The notes: generated by a model from the letters alone, not told the origin. DNA of 64,000 nt from an uncultured Gemmatimonadales bacterium (GCA_963748815.1 CAVVKJ010000010.1:1119367-1183366), one strand, 5' to 3'; positions 24,366-35,268 are shown, numbered from the stretch's first letter. Numbers and translations: made by a program.

Positions 24366-25450
24366 TGCGGTCCCCTCGCGACGACCCGCTCGATCAGATC
24401 CGCCAGGCTCAGCGGGACATGCGAGAGCTCGCTTACCGGTACACCCTCGGCGACGAGTCGGCTCGTGAGGTCAGCGCACGCCAAAGCGCCGCCGGGGATG
24501 GCGCCCTCGAGCTCGCACCATCCAGACTCGGGCGCGGGCTGCTCGATGAACGGGCCAAGGCCGGTCGTCTGGAGGACTTGTCGTGCCTCGCGCATTCGGT
24601 CGGCTGCGACTGAAATCCGGTAGCGGTTCTCGCCGGCGATCGCGGCGAGTTCCGATGCAGATCCGTGGGCGATGACCGTGCCCCGGTCCAGCACCGCCAG
24701 CCGGTCGCAGAGCTCGAATGCCTCGTCCGCGTCGTGGGTCGCCAGGAGGACGGTACACCCCTGTCGACCGACAATCTCCTCGCGGAGAAATCGGCGAAAG
24801 TCGCGGGCGCTCACGGGGTCGAGACTGCGGGTCGGCTCGTCGAGGAGGAGGACGGCTGGGCGGGAGAGGAGGGCACGCGCGATCAGCAGGCGCTGCTTCA
24901 TGCCGGAGGAGTAGGTACCGACCATTCGGCTTCCCGCGTGGGCAGAGTCCGACCGCATCGAGGAGCCGCTCGGCGGTCCGCTCCCGCTCCGCCTGGTTTC
25001 ACGTCATACAGTGCGGCGTAGAGCGCCAGATTCTGCAGACCGGAGAGTCGCCAGTAGAGGCTTCGCTCATCGGCGATGACGGGAGTGAGCATCCCGCGCA
25101 CGGCAGCCGGATCGGTCAGGACGCTGCGACCGCCGACTTCGACGGAGCCGGCGTCGGGGAGCACCAGGGTCGCCAGGATCTTGAAGAGGGTCGTCTTCCC
25201 CGCCCCGTTGGGTCCCAGCAGTCCAAAGAACTCGCCCTTGTCGAACGTCGAGCGACACGCCCGCGCAGCACCTCGACTTGCTCCCGGTGGAAGGGACGCC
25301 GGAGTGTGTCGGTCCACGATCGGCGCAGGGGAAAGGTCTTCACCAGCCCGTCGACATGAACAATAGGCTTGTGCGCCGGGTCGCCGCGCGAGGCGCCCAC
25401 GTCCGGCCTGGACCCATCGCGAGCGACCCGAGCGTCATCGACTGGCTCAT
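24362..25450 (-). CDS. ABC exporter ATPase, lasso cluster 1, apparent indels; start approximate
   Basis: [28 protein letters not shown]. Confidence 0.88.
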
Positions 25451-26413
25451 GCCGGGCCCGGAGCGGAGCTGGGGACTCTTGCGCGGAGTGCCATCCCATC
25501 AGACTGGAGGTCAGCTCCCCGATCCGCTCGAAGTCGCGCGGAATTTCCAGCCGGTAGACAGGCACCCGCTCCCCCAGCTCCACCAGGCGCTGCAGCAGCA
25601 CCGCCCGCCGTTCGACGCCGAGGAGCGCGCCCGACCTTCGTCTGGCCGAGGAGCGCGAGGGCAGCTTCGACAGCCGATAGGCGCGTTCCGGTTCACGATG
25701 CCCCCTGCGTCAGACTTGATCGGAGCGAGGAGGTAGACGCGCCGCGAGCGGGACCGCGGCTGTGGCATTCCGATCGGGGTCTTTCCAGGCGACCTGGAGC
25801 TTTGGCGCCAGCTGCTCCGGCGTCACGGGTGAGGCTTGGCCCGCGACCCGTGCGGCGGAGTCGGCCCAGAGTTGCACGACGGGGACGCTGGGCAACACCA
25901 GGGGATGCTCGCCGGAGGTGACGGGGACGAGGTCGTCGGCGAGCAGCCGTCCCCCGGCGTTCACGAGCGCGGTGGCGGTGGTGGACTTTCCGTGGAACTT
26001 TGGGCGCGAGAAAGGCGACGGCAACGTCGCCGAGGGCGACGGCGCTCCCGTGGAGCGTGATGATATCCTCCTGGTCCAGCGCCACGGCGAAGACTCGCCC
26101 GAGGATGTCCTTGCGGACGGCGTCCATGTCGGGTTCGGGCGGTGGCAGCCCAGTCGATCCTCCGGCCATCTGCGGAAATGTCGAACACCCCGGTATCGTC
26201 GAACGCGAGGCGGAGGGCCCGACCTGCACGGTAGAGTGACACGCTGACCCCGGCATCGACGTCCTCTGTCCCCAGTCGGCTCAGGTCAGGGAGAGGGGGT
26301 GGTGCGTTCAGGCGGTGGAGGGACCAATCAGGGAATTGGGCGGGGCGGGGAATGAGCTCAGGAAACTCTACTTCCGAGCGGAAGACACCGCCGAAGAGAT
26401 GGTAGTCTGGCAT
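25447..26413 (-). CDS. HPr-kinase-like peptide kinase, lasso cluster 1, apparent indels; end approximate
   Basis: LHGSAV..., PKFHGKSTT, LLADD, VPVYRLEIPRD; paralog at 50062. Confidence 0.82.
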
Positions 26414-26477
26414 TGGGAGTCCGGGTTGGAGGGTCGGACGGCCTGACCCGCTGGCCGCCCGGCCCCACAGTCGGAAC

Positions 26478-26616
26478 CTACGACCGCGTGCACCCAACGG
26501 TGCAGCCGTCAAGGAAGCCGCTGCCGAGAAACGCCACCGTCCCCATCGGCGCCAGTGCCGACGAGGGTGAGGGCCCGAAGGTCCCCGAACCGCTGAAGAG
26601 CAGGCTTCTGATACAT
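26478..26616 (-). CDS. Lasso peptide precursor A1; one extra base in the core
   Basis: AAGGAG RBS; MYQKPALQRFGDLRALTL-VGTGADGDGGV; removing one T near 26530 gives ..LGSGFLDGCTVGCTRS*. Confidence 0.85.
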
Positions 26617-26638
26617 GATGCGCTCCTTCGAACAGTAT

Positions 26639-28633
26639 TCACGGGCAGCTGGCCCGCACAGCCCACGGCCTCATGCCGCAGGAAACTCCACTGCCCGGTC
26701 GCTTGACCCGATGGAGGACAGTGACCGGCGATTCACGTTGTTCCAGCCCACGCAGCCAAAATTCGGTCTTGATCGTGTGAAAGAGGTTCACTCTCACGAA
26801 CTCGTTGCACCAGTCACTGGAGTAACTGTCCACCGCCCTCCGGAGGGCCGGCAAGTCCACGATGCCAAGTTCCGCGAGTCGCAGCGGTTCGGAGAAGAGT
26901 TTCGCGAATAGTGCCGGATAGGATTCGCTCATCCGGCGTTGTGAGAATCCGATGGTCATTCCCGTTCGGTGAGGTCGCGGCGCCAAGACCGATTCCGGCA
27001 GCAAGCCAACCATCGCCTGGCGGAGGAGGATCTTGGTCTCGGTGCCGTCAGCACGCTCGGCAATTGGCCGCCGAAGTGCGAAGTCCACGATCCTCAAGTC
27101 CAGCAGCGGCGATCGAACCTCGACCCCTTCTTGTAGCAGCGGACCCCGCATGAACGCCCCACCCCACCCCCAAACCGGCAGCGTGAGGTAGAGCAGGCTC
27201 TCGGTCTGCGCCAGTCCGTGGCCTCGTACCCTCCCGAACACCGAAAGATCCCGCTCGCGCAGGCTGCTGCACGGCCAGGAACTCCGGGCGAACCCATGTC
27301 GCCGGGGCGCGCTCGAGGTAGTGCCGGGGGAGCCGGTGCCCGAGCACTCGCTCCCCAAATTGGACGACCGATCGGGGAAGGAGTGGCAGCACTCCGGCTC
27401 GGACGAGGTGCCGCCAGCCGCGCGGCCATCGCGTCCGCGCCGAGCTTCAACGAACTCCCCCCAGCGGCCGGTTCGGAGCAGGTCCGCAAGCAGGACGTCT
27501 GACACCTGGAAGAGCTGATCGCCACCACATCCGTCCAGCGTGACCCGTGCGCCGGCGCGGCGCGTGCCCTGCGCAAGGCCTCGATTCCAGAGTTCGTACA
27601 AATGCGCCGGCGGCTCGTCGTACTGTGCCGCGCGGTCCTCAAGTCGTTCGAGCATCTGGAGATCGTCGCTCTGGAGCCAATGAACCTCAGCCTTCCAGTG
27701 CTCAGCGACCTGACGTGATGAACTCGTCCTCGTGGCCTGGGTCACCCTCCGGATAACTGATCGACACCGGACGAAGTCGTGGCCGTGTCTCGGGGGTCAG
27801 GGCATGTTGACCGGCGCGCAAAGACAGCCGTCGAGTCCCAGCCACCGCTCATCCAGACCGTGCGTCACGCCGCTGGCAGAGCCGTTGGGAGACGGCCGTG
27901 CACAGCAGTTCCCGAAGTTCATCTGCGGCCTCAGCGGACGGCGCTGGATGCCGGTCGGGAGCCTCCCGAGGTTGCCACCAGGTCGCCGTCGCTGCGTCGC
28001 CGTCCCGCCAGACGACTCTACGCCCGGGGAGAAGCGTGTCAACTCCCCTGATACGCTGTGTCCATTCCGTTCGACCATGCCAACCCGGCGACTTGGCCGC
28101 CGAGATTGGCCAGGTTCAGCTGGTTGGTCGTGCCCCGCAGTTCTGCCAGCGCCCGGCAGGAGGAGGCCACGGCAATCCCGGAGCCGAGGCTCGCGCACAA
28201 AAAGTGGGCGCCCACCGATCGGGTCCCGCGCCGCGAGCAGGGTTCGGCGGCGGCGGTCCCAGATCACGAACGCGTAGTCACCGTTCAGGTGGTGGACCAT
28301 CTCCGAGCCCCACGCGCGGTAGGCCGCTTCCAGGTAGTGGCTCGCCGTCTCGCCCCGCGCTCGCACGCCAGCCGTCGAGAGCTTCCGCGCGAGTCCCTTC
28401 TTGTCAAAGAGCGAGGCGTCCGCCGCCACCACCAGGTCTGGCGTCTCGAGTACCAGCACGTCGACCGCTGAAATCGTCGTCGAGCTGCCATTCCTTCCGC
28501 GTCACGACGAGGAGCGCGTCCTCCTCCGACCAGACCTGCTCCCGGTCGCCGCCGAGGTAGCGGAGCGGCGCCGAGCGCCGACTCCACCCGGGAGTCGCGC
28601 ACCTGACCGATCGACCGCGAGGATGCCGCTCAT
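26639..28633 (-). CDS. Lasso cyclase (asparagine-synthetase-like), cluster 1, several apparent indels
   Basis: Starts MSG with no catalytic Cys; GDYAFVIWD..ARDP, DGCGGDQLF, EVRSPLLDLRIV, KILLR. Confidence 0.88.
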
Positions 28634-29082
28634 GGCGCCAGCGCCGAGAAATCGTGCAGCGGCGTGAAGCGGCTGCACCCGCGACCTGCTCGTCACCGAT
28701 GACCCGGCCCTCGAGCTCGATCCAGGCGTGGGCCAGCAGCTCCCCCGCAACCTGCGCCACGCCGACCCGGACGACGGCGGGCCCGGCGTTGGCCCGCCGG
28801 ATCTGGCGCTCCAGCGCCACCGCCCGGACGAGGCAGGTGGGCCGGAAGAGTCCGAAGCGGGCCACGCGGTCCACCGCCAGGGCCAGCCGCTCCAGACGCG
28901 CATCGTTGCGGACACCCGCTCGCCGTCGGTGCCGCGCTCAGCGGGCGGAGCAGCTCGCCCTTCGGGCGTCGCCGGATCGTCCAGAGCGCCGCCAGGAGAT
29001 ACCACTGGGCGAGGACCAGGTCGGCAAACTCCCGCGGCGTGAGGGTGAAGAGCCTCCTCACGACACCGCATCCAGCGGTCAA
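28630..29082 (-). CDS. Lasso leader peptidase B2, cluster 1, apparent indel
   Basis: PTCLVRAVAL, VRVGV, AHAWIE (Cys-His-Glu triad). Confidence 0.88.
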
Positions 29083-29399
29083 ACACCGGCGTCGTCCTCA
29101 CGTCGACGTCCACCAGCAGCTTGGCCTCGCGGAGCTGATCGAGCAGTTCCGATGACATCCGCCGCGAGCTGCGCTCCGGGGACGTCGGGATAGACCTGTC
29201 CGAGCCGTGCGCAGAGATCTTCCAGGCTGGCGCACGCAGGTGGCAGCAACTGCCAGATCCGCGCACCAACATCATTGAGCCCGAAGTAGATCTCATCCTC
29301 CATCTGCAGGAGGACGGCGCCTTCGGAGACTTCCCGGAACATGACGGCCGGGTGGGGACGAGGAAGAATGGTCGGAGCCTCCGCATGAGCGCGGTTCAC
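29079..29399 (-). CDS. PqqD-family RiPP recognition element B1, cluster 1, apparent indel
   Basis: EGAVLL..EIYFGLNDVGARIWQLL, ELLDQLREAKLL. Confidence 0.88.
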   Translation of the reverse strand: MNRAHAEAPTILPRPHPAVMFREVSEGAVLLQMEDEIYFGLNDVGARIWQLLPPACASLEDLCARLGQVYPDVPGAQLAADVIGTARSAPRGQAAGGRRREDDAGV

Positions 29400-29721
29400 G
29401 GGAAATCCCGGATTCGAATTGATTGAGGAACGCCGGGGCCTCCGGCGAGAGAAGAGCTTGAGGCAAGGACAATTCCCGAACTGCCACCGTGTCGGGAGTC
29501 GCCACAAATGCTTGTCAGTGAATGGCTTAGAAACTGATGCCACGGGGGATTCGGCGCCCGTGCCGAGTCATCGGCGCCGAGCCGGATCCACGGGAATGTC
29601 GGGGGGGCACGACACGACTGCAGAGAGTTGTCAGTGCACGGGGCTGTCTGTGCGGTGTTGGCTCCTGGGCGAGAGACCGGACGGGCTCGTGTGCGAACCG
29701 CCCAGTCTCCCAGAACGTGGC

Positions 29722-29863
29722 CTACGATCTCCCGGCGCACCCGATGGTGACAACCATCGATGTACCCGGTGCCGAAGATGCCACCGTCCCCATCGGGACC
29801 GAGCCCGATGAGTGTGAGGGCCCGAAGGTCCCCAAACCGCCGAAGTACGGGTTTCTCGTACAA
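29722..29863 (-). CDS. Lasso peptide precursor A2; TTG start, one extra base in the tail
   Basis: CAGGAG RBS; MYEKPVLRRFGDLRALTL-IGLGPDGDGGIFGTGYIDGC; removing one base near 29750 gives ..TIGCAGRS*. Confidence 0.85.
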
Positions 29864-29972
29864 GCGGGCTCCTGGGAAGAGTGTCACGGGCAACTGGCCC
29901 GCACAGTTCGCGACATGGCGCCGCGCCGACCGTGACAGACGGTCAAGCGCCCCGCTCGTCACCAGCGGTAAG

Positions 29973-29988
29973 GGCAACTCCCGTTCCA
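29973..29988 (-). promoter_or_regulatory. Putative sigma54 (-24/-12) promoter for precursor A2 / cluster 1
   Basis: TGGAACGGGAGTTGCC (GG-N10-GC); IHF consensus TATCAACACTTTA at 30049-30061. Confidence 0.55.
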
Positions 29989-30218
29989 GTGATCACGGTC
30001 GATGCGGCCAATTGCGCTTCGGAAGACCGCTTGACCAAGCAGTTGCAATATCAACACTTTAGGAGCGGTGATCCTCGAGATGGACCGTGCAAATTGTGAT
30101 GTGGACAACCGGGGAGCCGAGTACCGCAGCGACTACGCCACACTTCCCGACACACAACACCCCGTCCCTCCTCTCGGAGAGCGGGGCTTGTGCACTCCCC
30201 CGGACCGACCCTCCGGGG

Positions 30219-30620
30219 TCAGACCCGCGCGTTCGCCACCGCGCGGACCACGTCGCTCTGCGAGATGACTCCCAGCAACTCGCCGTCCTTCTCGACGAAG
30301 AGCCGGTGCACGTTGGCGTAGAGCATCTGCTGCGCCGCCTGCTTCACCTCCGCCTGCGGCTCGATGGTCATCGGCTTCGGCGTCATCAGGTCCCGTACCA
30401 GCATGTTCTCGAACATCGCCCCCGCCTCGGCGTCGACGCCCCGCTCCGCCAACGCGGTCAGGATGTCGCTCGTGGAGAGCACCCCCACCAGGTGCAGGCT
30501 GGCATCCACCACCGGCAACCCGGTCACGTGCGCGTCGGCCAGGGAAATGATCGCTTCGGACATCGGGCTGTCACTGGGGATCGTCACCAGGTTGGACTGC
30601 ATCAGCTCACTGACTCGCAT
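30219..30620 (-). CDS. CBS domain pair protein
   Basis: VTGLPVVD..LVGVLSTSD, VRDLMT, LLGVISQSD. Confidence 0.9.
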   Translation of the reverse strand: MRVSELMQSNLVTIPSDSPMSEAIISLADAHVTGLPVVDASLHLVGVLSTSDILTALAERGVDAEAGAMFENMLVRDLMTPKPMTIEPQAEVKQAAQQMLYANVHRLFVEKDGELLGVISQSDVVRAVANARV

Positions 30621-30901
30621 AACGACCTCCCGCTAGGGTCACCTGCAACCTACCCCCCTCCAACGTGCCACACCGTGAACCACCCGTGAACGGGCCTTCA
30701 CGCAACCATCACCATCCCTTTACCCGGCCGGTCCAGATTCCCAATCATGCGCACCCGCCCCCGCCCGACCCCTGAGTTCCTCGAGGAATTCCCCTGGCTG
30801 GCCCCGGATCCCGAGGCCGCCGAGCGTGACTCTTACCGCCCCCATCCCAAGGCCCTCGTGCACCCGGTTCGGCAGTGGCCCCGTCGGCGGAAGGCTCAGG
30901 C

Positions 30902-31777
30902 TCAACCCTCCCCCAAGGGGGGGTGAAGGGCCAGCACCGGCACGTCGGAGCCACGCACCACCTTGTCGGTCACACTCCCCAGCACCAATCGCTTGACCCC
31001 CACCGCGCCCCGCGTGGCGATGGCCACGCAGTCGGTGGCCTCCGGTCGTGCCTGGTCCAGGATCGCCTGCGCCGGCGAGTCCGACACCACCACCGTGGTG
31101 CTCACCCGGCAGCCGCGCCGCTCCAGCCGATCCGCGACTTCGTCCAGATAGATTGCCGCCGCACTCCGGCCCTGCGCCGCCGCGTTGGCCTCCGGGGTCA
31201 CGACCCGCAACAGCGCCAGCTCGGCCGTCGGCGGCGGGCAGAGCGCCAGCGCCGGCTCGATAACCGCTTCGGCCCGCTCCGACCCGTCGAGCGCAATCAG
31301 CATCCGCCGAAACGCCATCCGGCTCTCCTGCACCGTCTCCTCCTTGTGCCTGAGCAGCAGGAGCGGCACGTCAAGATGCCGCAGCAGGTGATCGGCCACA
31401 CTCCCCAGCCAGAACCGGCTCACGGCGCCGCGGCCGTGCGTGGTCATCACCACCATCCCCGCCCCGATCCGGGTCACATACGCTGCGAGCGTCTCGGCGA
31501 CCGGGCCGTCCAGGATCTTCGTTTCGGTGTGAATGCCGTAGTGGAGACGCATCCGCTCCGCGAGTTGCACCAGGTACTGCTCCTCGCCCTCCCGGGCCAG
31601 GCGATCGAGGTCGTCGATGGCCGTCGCCATCGCCGCCGAGTCCGCGCTTGGAGCGACCGGGTGGTGAACCAGCGCCATATGGAGCACGGCGCCGGTGCGG
31701 CGTGCGGTGGCGCAGGCGGCGCGCAACGACTCCTCCGCGAGCCGGGATCCGTCGAGCGGGGTCAGGATGGCGCGCAC
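30902..31777 (-). CDS. Tandem-domain universal stress protein
   Basis: ILTPLDGS, MTTHGRG..WLGSVAD, LIALDGS, LGSVTDKVVR. Confidence 0.9.
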   Translation of the reverse strand: MRAILTPLDGSRLAEESLRAACATARRTGAVLHMALVHHPVAPSADSAAMATAIDDLDRLAREGEEQYLVQLAERMRLHYGIHTETKILDGPVAETLAAYVTRIGAGMVVMTTHGRGAVSRFWLGSVADHLLRHLDVPLLLLRHKEETVQESRMAFRRMLIALDGSERAEAVIEPALALCPPPTAELALLRVVTPEANAAAQGRSAAAIYLDEVADRLERRGCRVSTTVVVSDSPAQAILDQARPEATDCVAIATRGAVGVKRLVLGSVTDKVVRGSDVPVLALHPPLGEG

Positions 31778-31871
31778 AGGGGCTTCTCCTCGGGGAGAGG
31801 GATGCTGGAACGTGGGCCACCGAGTATGAAGGAAGGTTGAAATCAGATGGAACGGGCCTTCCGGCCCAGAG

Positions 31872-32915
31872 TCAGGCGAGGGTCTCGCGCATCTCCCCAA
31901 TGAACGCGTCGACGTCATCTTCCGTCGTGTCGAACGAGCACATCCACCGCACCTCCCCCGCCCCCTCGTCCCACATATAAAAGAATCGCCGGGCCTGCAG
32001 CGCCGCAATCCGGCCCTTCGGCAGGCGGGCAAAGACGGCGTTCGCATCCACCGGCTGCGTGACCGTCACCCCGGGTACCGTGGCCGCTCCCTCGGCGAGG
32101 CGCCGGGCCATCCGGTTGGCGTGCCGCGCGTTCCGCGACCAGAGTCCGTCGCGGAGGAGCGCCGCGAACTGCGCCGCGACGAATCGCATCTTGGAGGGGA
32201 GCTGCATCGCCTGCTTGCGGCCGAAGCGGACCGCCTCGTCCCGCCCCGCGTCAAAGAAGACGACGGCCTCCGCCGCCATGGCGCCGTTCTTGGTGCCGCC
32301 GAACGAGAGCACATCCACCCCCACATCAGCGGTCAGCGCGCGGAGTGGGAGGTCGAGCGCCGCCGCCGCGTTGCCGAGCCGGGCCCCATCCATGTGCAGG
32401 AGGAGCTGGTGCTCCTTCGCCACCACCGAGAGCGCATGGATCTCCTCCGCGGTGTAGACCGTGCCGTACTCGGTGGACTGGCTGATGGAGATGACGCGGG
32501 GCCGAACGTGGTGGGCGGCGTGATCGATGCTGACCGCGGATGCCGCGGCCCGAACCTGCTCCGGTCGGAGCTTGCCATCGGCGGTCGTGAGGGGAATGAG
32601 CTTGCAGCCGATGAACCGTTCAGGCGCGCCGCACTCGTCCACATTGATGTGCGCCGTGGCGGCGCAGAGCACGGCGTCCCAGGGGTGGAGCAGCGCGCCG
32701 AGCCCGACCACGTTGGCCCCGGTGCCGCCGTACACCAGTTCAGTGGACGAGGACTCACCGAACTCCCGCCGGAACAGGTCCAGCGCCGCCGCCGTCCAGC
32801 GGTCGGCCCCATAGGCCAGCGCATGCCCCTCGTTGGCGGCCGCGATGGCCGCCAGCACCTCCGGATGGATGCTGGCGGAGTTGTCGCTCGCGAAGTGGCG
32901 AGCCGGAGCGGTCAC
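31872..32915 (-). CDS. ltaE: Low-specificity threonine aldolase family enzyme
   Basis: FASDN, AHINVDECGAPE, HMDGARL, SFGGTKNG. Confidence 0.88.
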   Translation of the reverse strand: MTAPARHFASDNSASIHPEVLAAIAAANEGHALAYGADRWTAAALDLFRREFGESSSTELVYGGTGANVVGLGALLHPWDAVLCAATAHINVDECGAPERFIGCKLIPLTTADGKLRPEQVRAAASAVSIDHAAHHVRPRVISISQSTEYGTVYTAEEIHALSVVAKEHQLLLHMDGARLGNAAAALDLPLRALTADVGVDVLSFGGTKNGAMAAEAVVFFDAGRDEAVRFGRKQAMQLPSKMRFVAAQFAALLRDGLWSRNARHANRMARRLAEGAATVPGVTVTQPVDANAVFARLPKGRIAALQARRFFYMWDEGAGEVRWMCSFDTTEDDVDAFIGEMRETLA

Positions 32916-32922
32916 CGCGGGC

Positions 32923-34857
32923 CTAGTTGCCCGTGGCGGCAGGCCAGGTGTTGTCCGCCGGGTTGCTGTCCGGGAACCGACGCGCGGGGTCGTAGGTGAC
33001 CCGCTCGATCTTCCGGCCGCCGAAGTTGAGCTCGGCCACGAACGTGCGGCTGCCGGCGAACCAGACATCCACCGGATAGGTCACCAGCGCCGTGTTGCCG
33101 GTGACGACGGCATTCGGCATCGGCTTGAGGGCCGGACCGTCCGCGGCGAACTCCACCTGCAGGATCACCGGCGCCGGCATCTCGCCGGCCTGCTTGACGG
33201 TCACGTAGGTCTTGCCGCTCGAGTTCGTGACGGATGCGATCGACCCGTTCGACGACTCGGTCGTGAAGAGCCAGTAGTACCAGAACCAGCCGAGGTCCAT
33301 CTGGAACTCGCGGTTCATCGCGAACATGAAGTCCCAGGGCGACGGGTGCTTGAAGCGCCAGGTCTTCGCGTAGTTCGACATGGCGCGGGTCACGTTCGAG
33401 TCGCCTACGATGCCGCCGAGCATGGAAAGCATCATCGGCGCCTTGCCGTAGGTCGTGAACCCGTACATCGGTCCGTCGTAGTTGGCGTCGGTCATCATGT
33501 TGGTTTCCGACTCGTTGCCCGAGATGCGGCCGTAGTTCTGGCCCACCCCGTTCAGCTCGGCGGGCTTCGTCTGGTAGGCGGCGCCCGAGAGAATGTTCAT
33601 GTAGCTGTTGAACCCCTCGTCCATCCACCCGTACCAGGTCTCGTTGACGCCGACCATCATCGGCCACCACTGGTGCCCGATCTCGTGATCCGTCACGCCG
33701 AAACCGGGGCCGCTCATGGTCAGCATCGGGTATTCCATCCCGCCCTCGGGCCCGTCCACCTGGGTGAACACCGGCCAGGCATACGGCATCCAGAGGTTCG
33801 AGTAGAACTCGAGCGCGTGCCGCGCCATGGCGCCGGTCTGCTTGTAGCGGGAGTTTTCCGGGAGATACAGCAGGTAGATCGGGATCGCTCCGCGACCGGG
33901 GATGGTGGCGCGGGTGGCGTCCCAGACGTACTCGTTGGAGGCGGCCCAGGCAAAGTCCGCCACGCTGTCCGCAATGAAGTGCCACACCAGCCGGGAGCCG
34001 GCCACGGTGCTCGTCCCCGCCGCACGCTCGTCGGGACCGACGATCACGATCTGGCTGTCGCTCGCCGTCGCGCGACCGAGGCGCTCCAGCACCGTCGGGG
34101 TGAGCACGTCGCCCGAATTGACGAGCTGCCCGGTCGCACCCACGAGCCAGCCCGCCGGCACGTCGATCCGGACGTCGAACTGGCCGAAGTTGTTGTAGAA
34201 CTCGGAGCCGCCCATGTACGGGTCGCGGTCCCAGCCACGCAGGTCGTCATAGTTCGCCACGCGCGGGTACCACTGGGCCTGCTGGAAGAGCCTGTTGCCC
34301 CAGGCGCCCATGCGGTCGCCCCGGGTTCCCTCGGGGATGACCGGCACCTTGAACGCCCAGCTGACTTCCAGCGTGCCGGTGCCACCGGCGGCAATCGGGG
34401 TTCCAAGCCGGACGCGGATCAACGTCTCGTCGGCCCAGCTCGCCGCGAGGCTGTCCACGTTGATGTCGCGCCCGTTGGCCCGCATCCGGGTGATCGTCAT
34501 CCCGGAGGTGGTGGCCGCGGCCGGACGGGATCGCGGTGCCTTTGCCATGAACATGTTCTGGTCGAGTCGAATGGCGAGCAAGGTCAGCGCCGAGTCGCTC
34601 GGATTGGTGATGGTGACAGTCTCCCGCCCGGAGACGATCCCGGTGACGGGATCGAGGCGGGTATCGATCGAGTAGTCGGTCCGGAGCTGCCAGTACTTGG
34701 CGCCGGGGCGGCCGGTCGAGTCGCGGGAGCCCGCATTGAGCCCGCGCTGGAAGGCGTTCGTGATCGGGATGGTCCGGCGGACGGCGCGCTCCGGCACCTG
34801 GGCGGTGAGCGGCGCGGCGACGGTCAGCGTGGCGAGAAGCAGGGCAGGAATGCGCAT
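32923..34857 (-). CDS. Secreted M1 family metallopeptidase
   Basis: Signal peptide, GGMEYP, HEIGH...WMDEG. Confidence 0.92.
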   Translation of the reverse strand: MRIPALLLATLTVAAPLTAQVPERAVRRTIPITNAFQRGLNAGSRDSTGRPGAKYWQLRTDYSIDTRLDPVTGIVSGRETVTITNPSDSALTLLAIRLDQNMFMAKAPRSRPAAATTSGMTITRMRANGRDINVDSLAASWADETLIRVRLGTPIAAGGTGTLEVSWAFKVPVIPEGTRGDRMGAWGNRLFQQAQWYPRVANYDDLRGWDRDPYMGGSEFYNNFGQFDVRIDVPAGWLVGATGQLVNSGDVLTPTVLERLGRATASDSQIVIVGPDERAAGTSTVAGSRLVWHFIADSVADFAWAASNEYVWDATRATIPGRGAIPIYLLYLPENSRYKQTGAMARHALEFYSNLWMPYAWPVFTQVDGPEGGMEYPMLTMSGPGFGVTDHEIGHQWWPMMVGVNETWYGWMDEGFNSYMNILSGAAYQTKPAELNGVGQNYGRISGNESETNMMTDANYDGPMYGFTTYGKAPMMLSMLGGIVGDSNVTRAMSNYAKTWRFKHPSPWDFMFAMNREFQMDLGWFWYYWLFTTESSNGSIASVTNSSGKTYVTVKQAGEMPAPVILQVEFAADGPALKPMPNAVVTGNTALVTYPVDVWFAGSRTFVAELNFGGRKIERVTYDPARRFPDSNPADNTWPAATGN

Positions 34858-35084
34858 CGAACGCTCGTGAGAGAGTGTTGAGGGGTCGGGGGAACCTGTA
34901 ACCTAGGTGCGTGGGGGGCGGAACGGTACGGCGGAGGGTCGGCTCAGCGGGCGGGGATGTTGGTCCGGCTCTTGGAGGAGCGGCGACCCGGCCAGATCCA
35001 GCGCGGCGTCGACCAGGCGCGGGGCGACAGGCGAACCGGCACCGCGGCGCGGGGCCGGCGTGTGACGGGACGGCGACACATCCG

Positions 35085-35267
35085 CTAGCGATCCCTGAGC
35101 AGGGTCCGCATCCGGATGGCGAGCGCTTCGATTTCCCGGATGCTGGTGAGCGTCTCTGGGTCCAGTTTGGATTCGTTCAGGAGGAGCAGCTGGGCCTCCG
35201 CCAGCAGGGCGGAGAGTGGGTTGGCCAGGTCGTGCCGCAGGCGATTGACTGTTTCGGTGTCGCTCAT
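35085..35267 (-). CDS. Stand-alone HisKA (phosphoacceptor) mini-protein, 60 aa
   Basis: MSDTETVNRLRHDLANPLSALLAEAQLL H-box; starts 1 nt after the upstream stop. Confidence 0.7.
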   Translation of the reverse strand: MSDTETVNRLRHDLANPLSALLAEAQLLLLNESKLDPETLTSIREIEALAIRMRTLLRDR

Positions 35268-35268
35268 G

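Noticed and set aside
25116..25601. Kinase-ABC ATPase fusion in cluster 1
   Set aside because: The region is indel-rich, a CATGA overlap site exists near 25447-25451, and the cluster 2 genes are separate
18577..30200. Intact prophage or integrative element at the tRNA cluster
   Set aside because: No integrase, transposase, phage gene or tRNA 3'-end duplication was found; only the terminator duplication is reported
30645..30672. sigma54 promoter for the CBS gene (TGGCACG on the minus strand)
   Set aside because: No GC at the required GG-N10-GC spacing
32833..34881. 682-aa plus-strand ORF, and similar long ORFs such as 44010-46349, 36017-37417 and 50915-52510
   Set aside because: Antisense shadows of recognisable genes in high-GC DNA, with Arg/Gly/Pro-rich composition and no motifs
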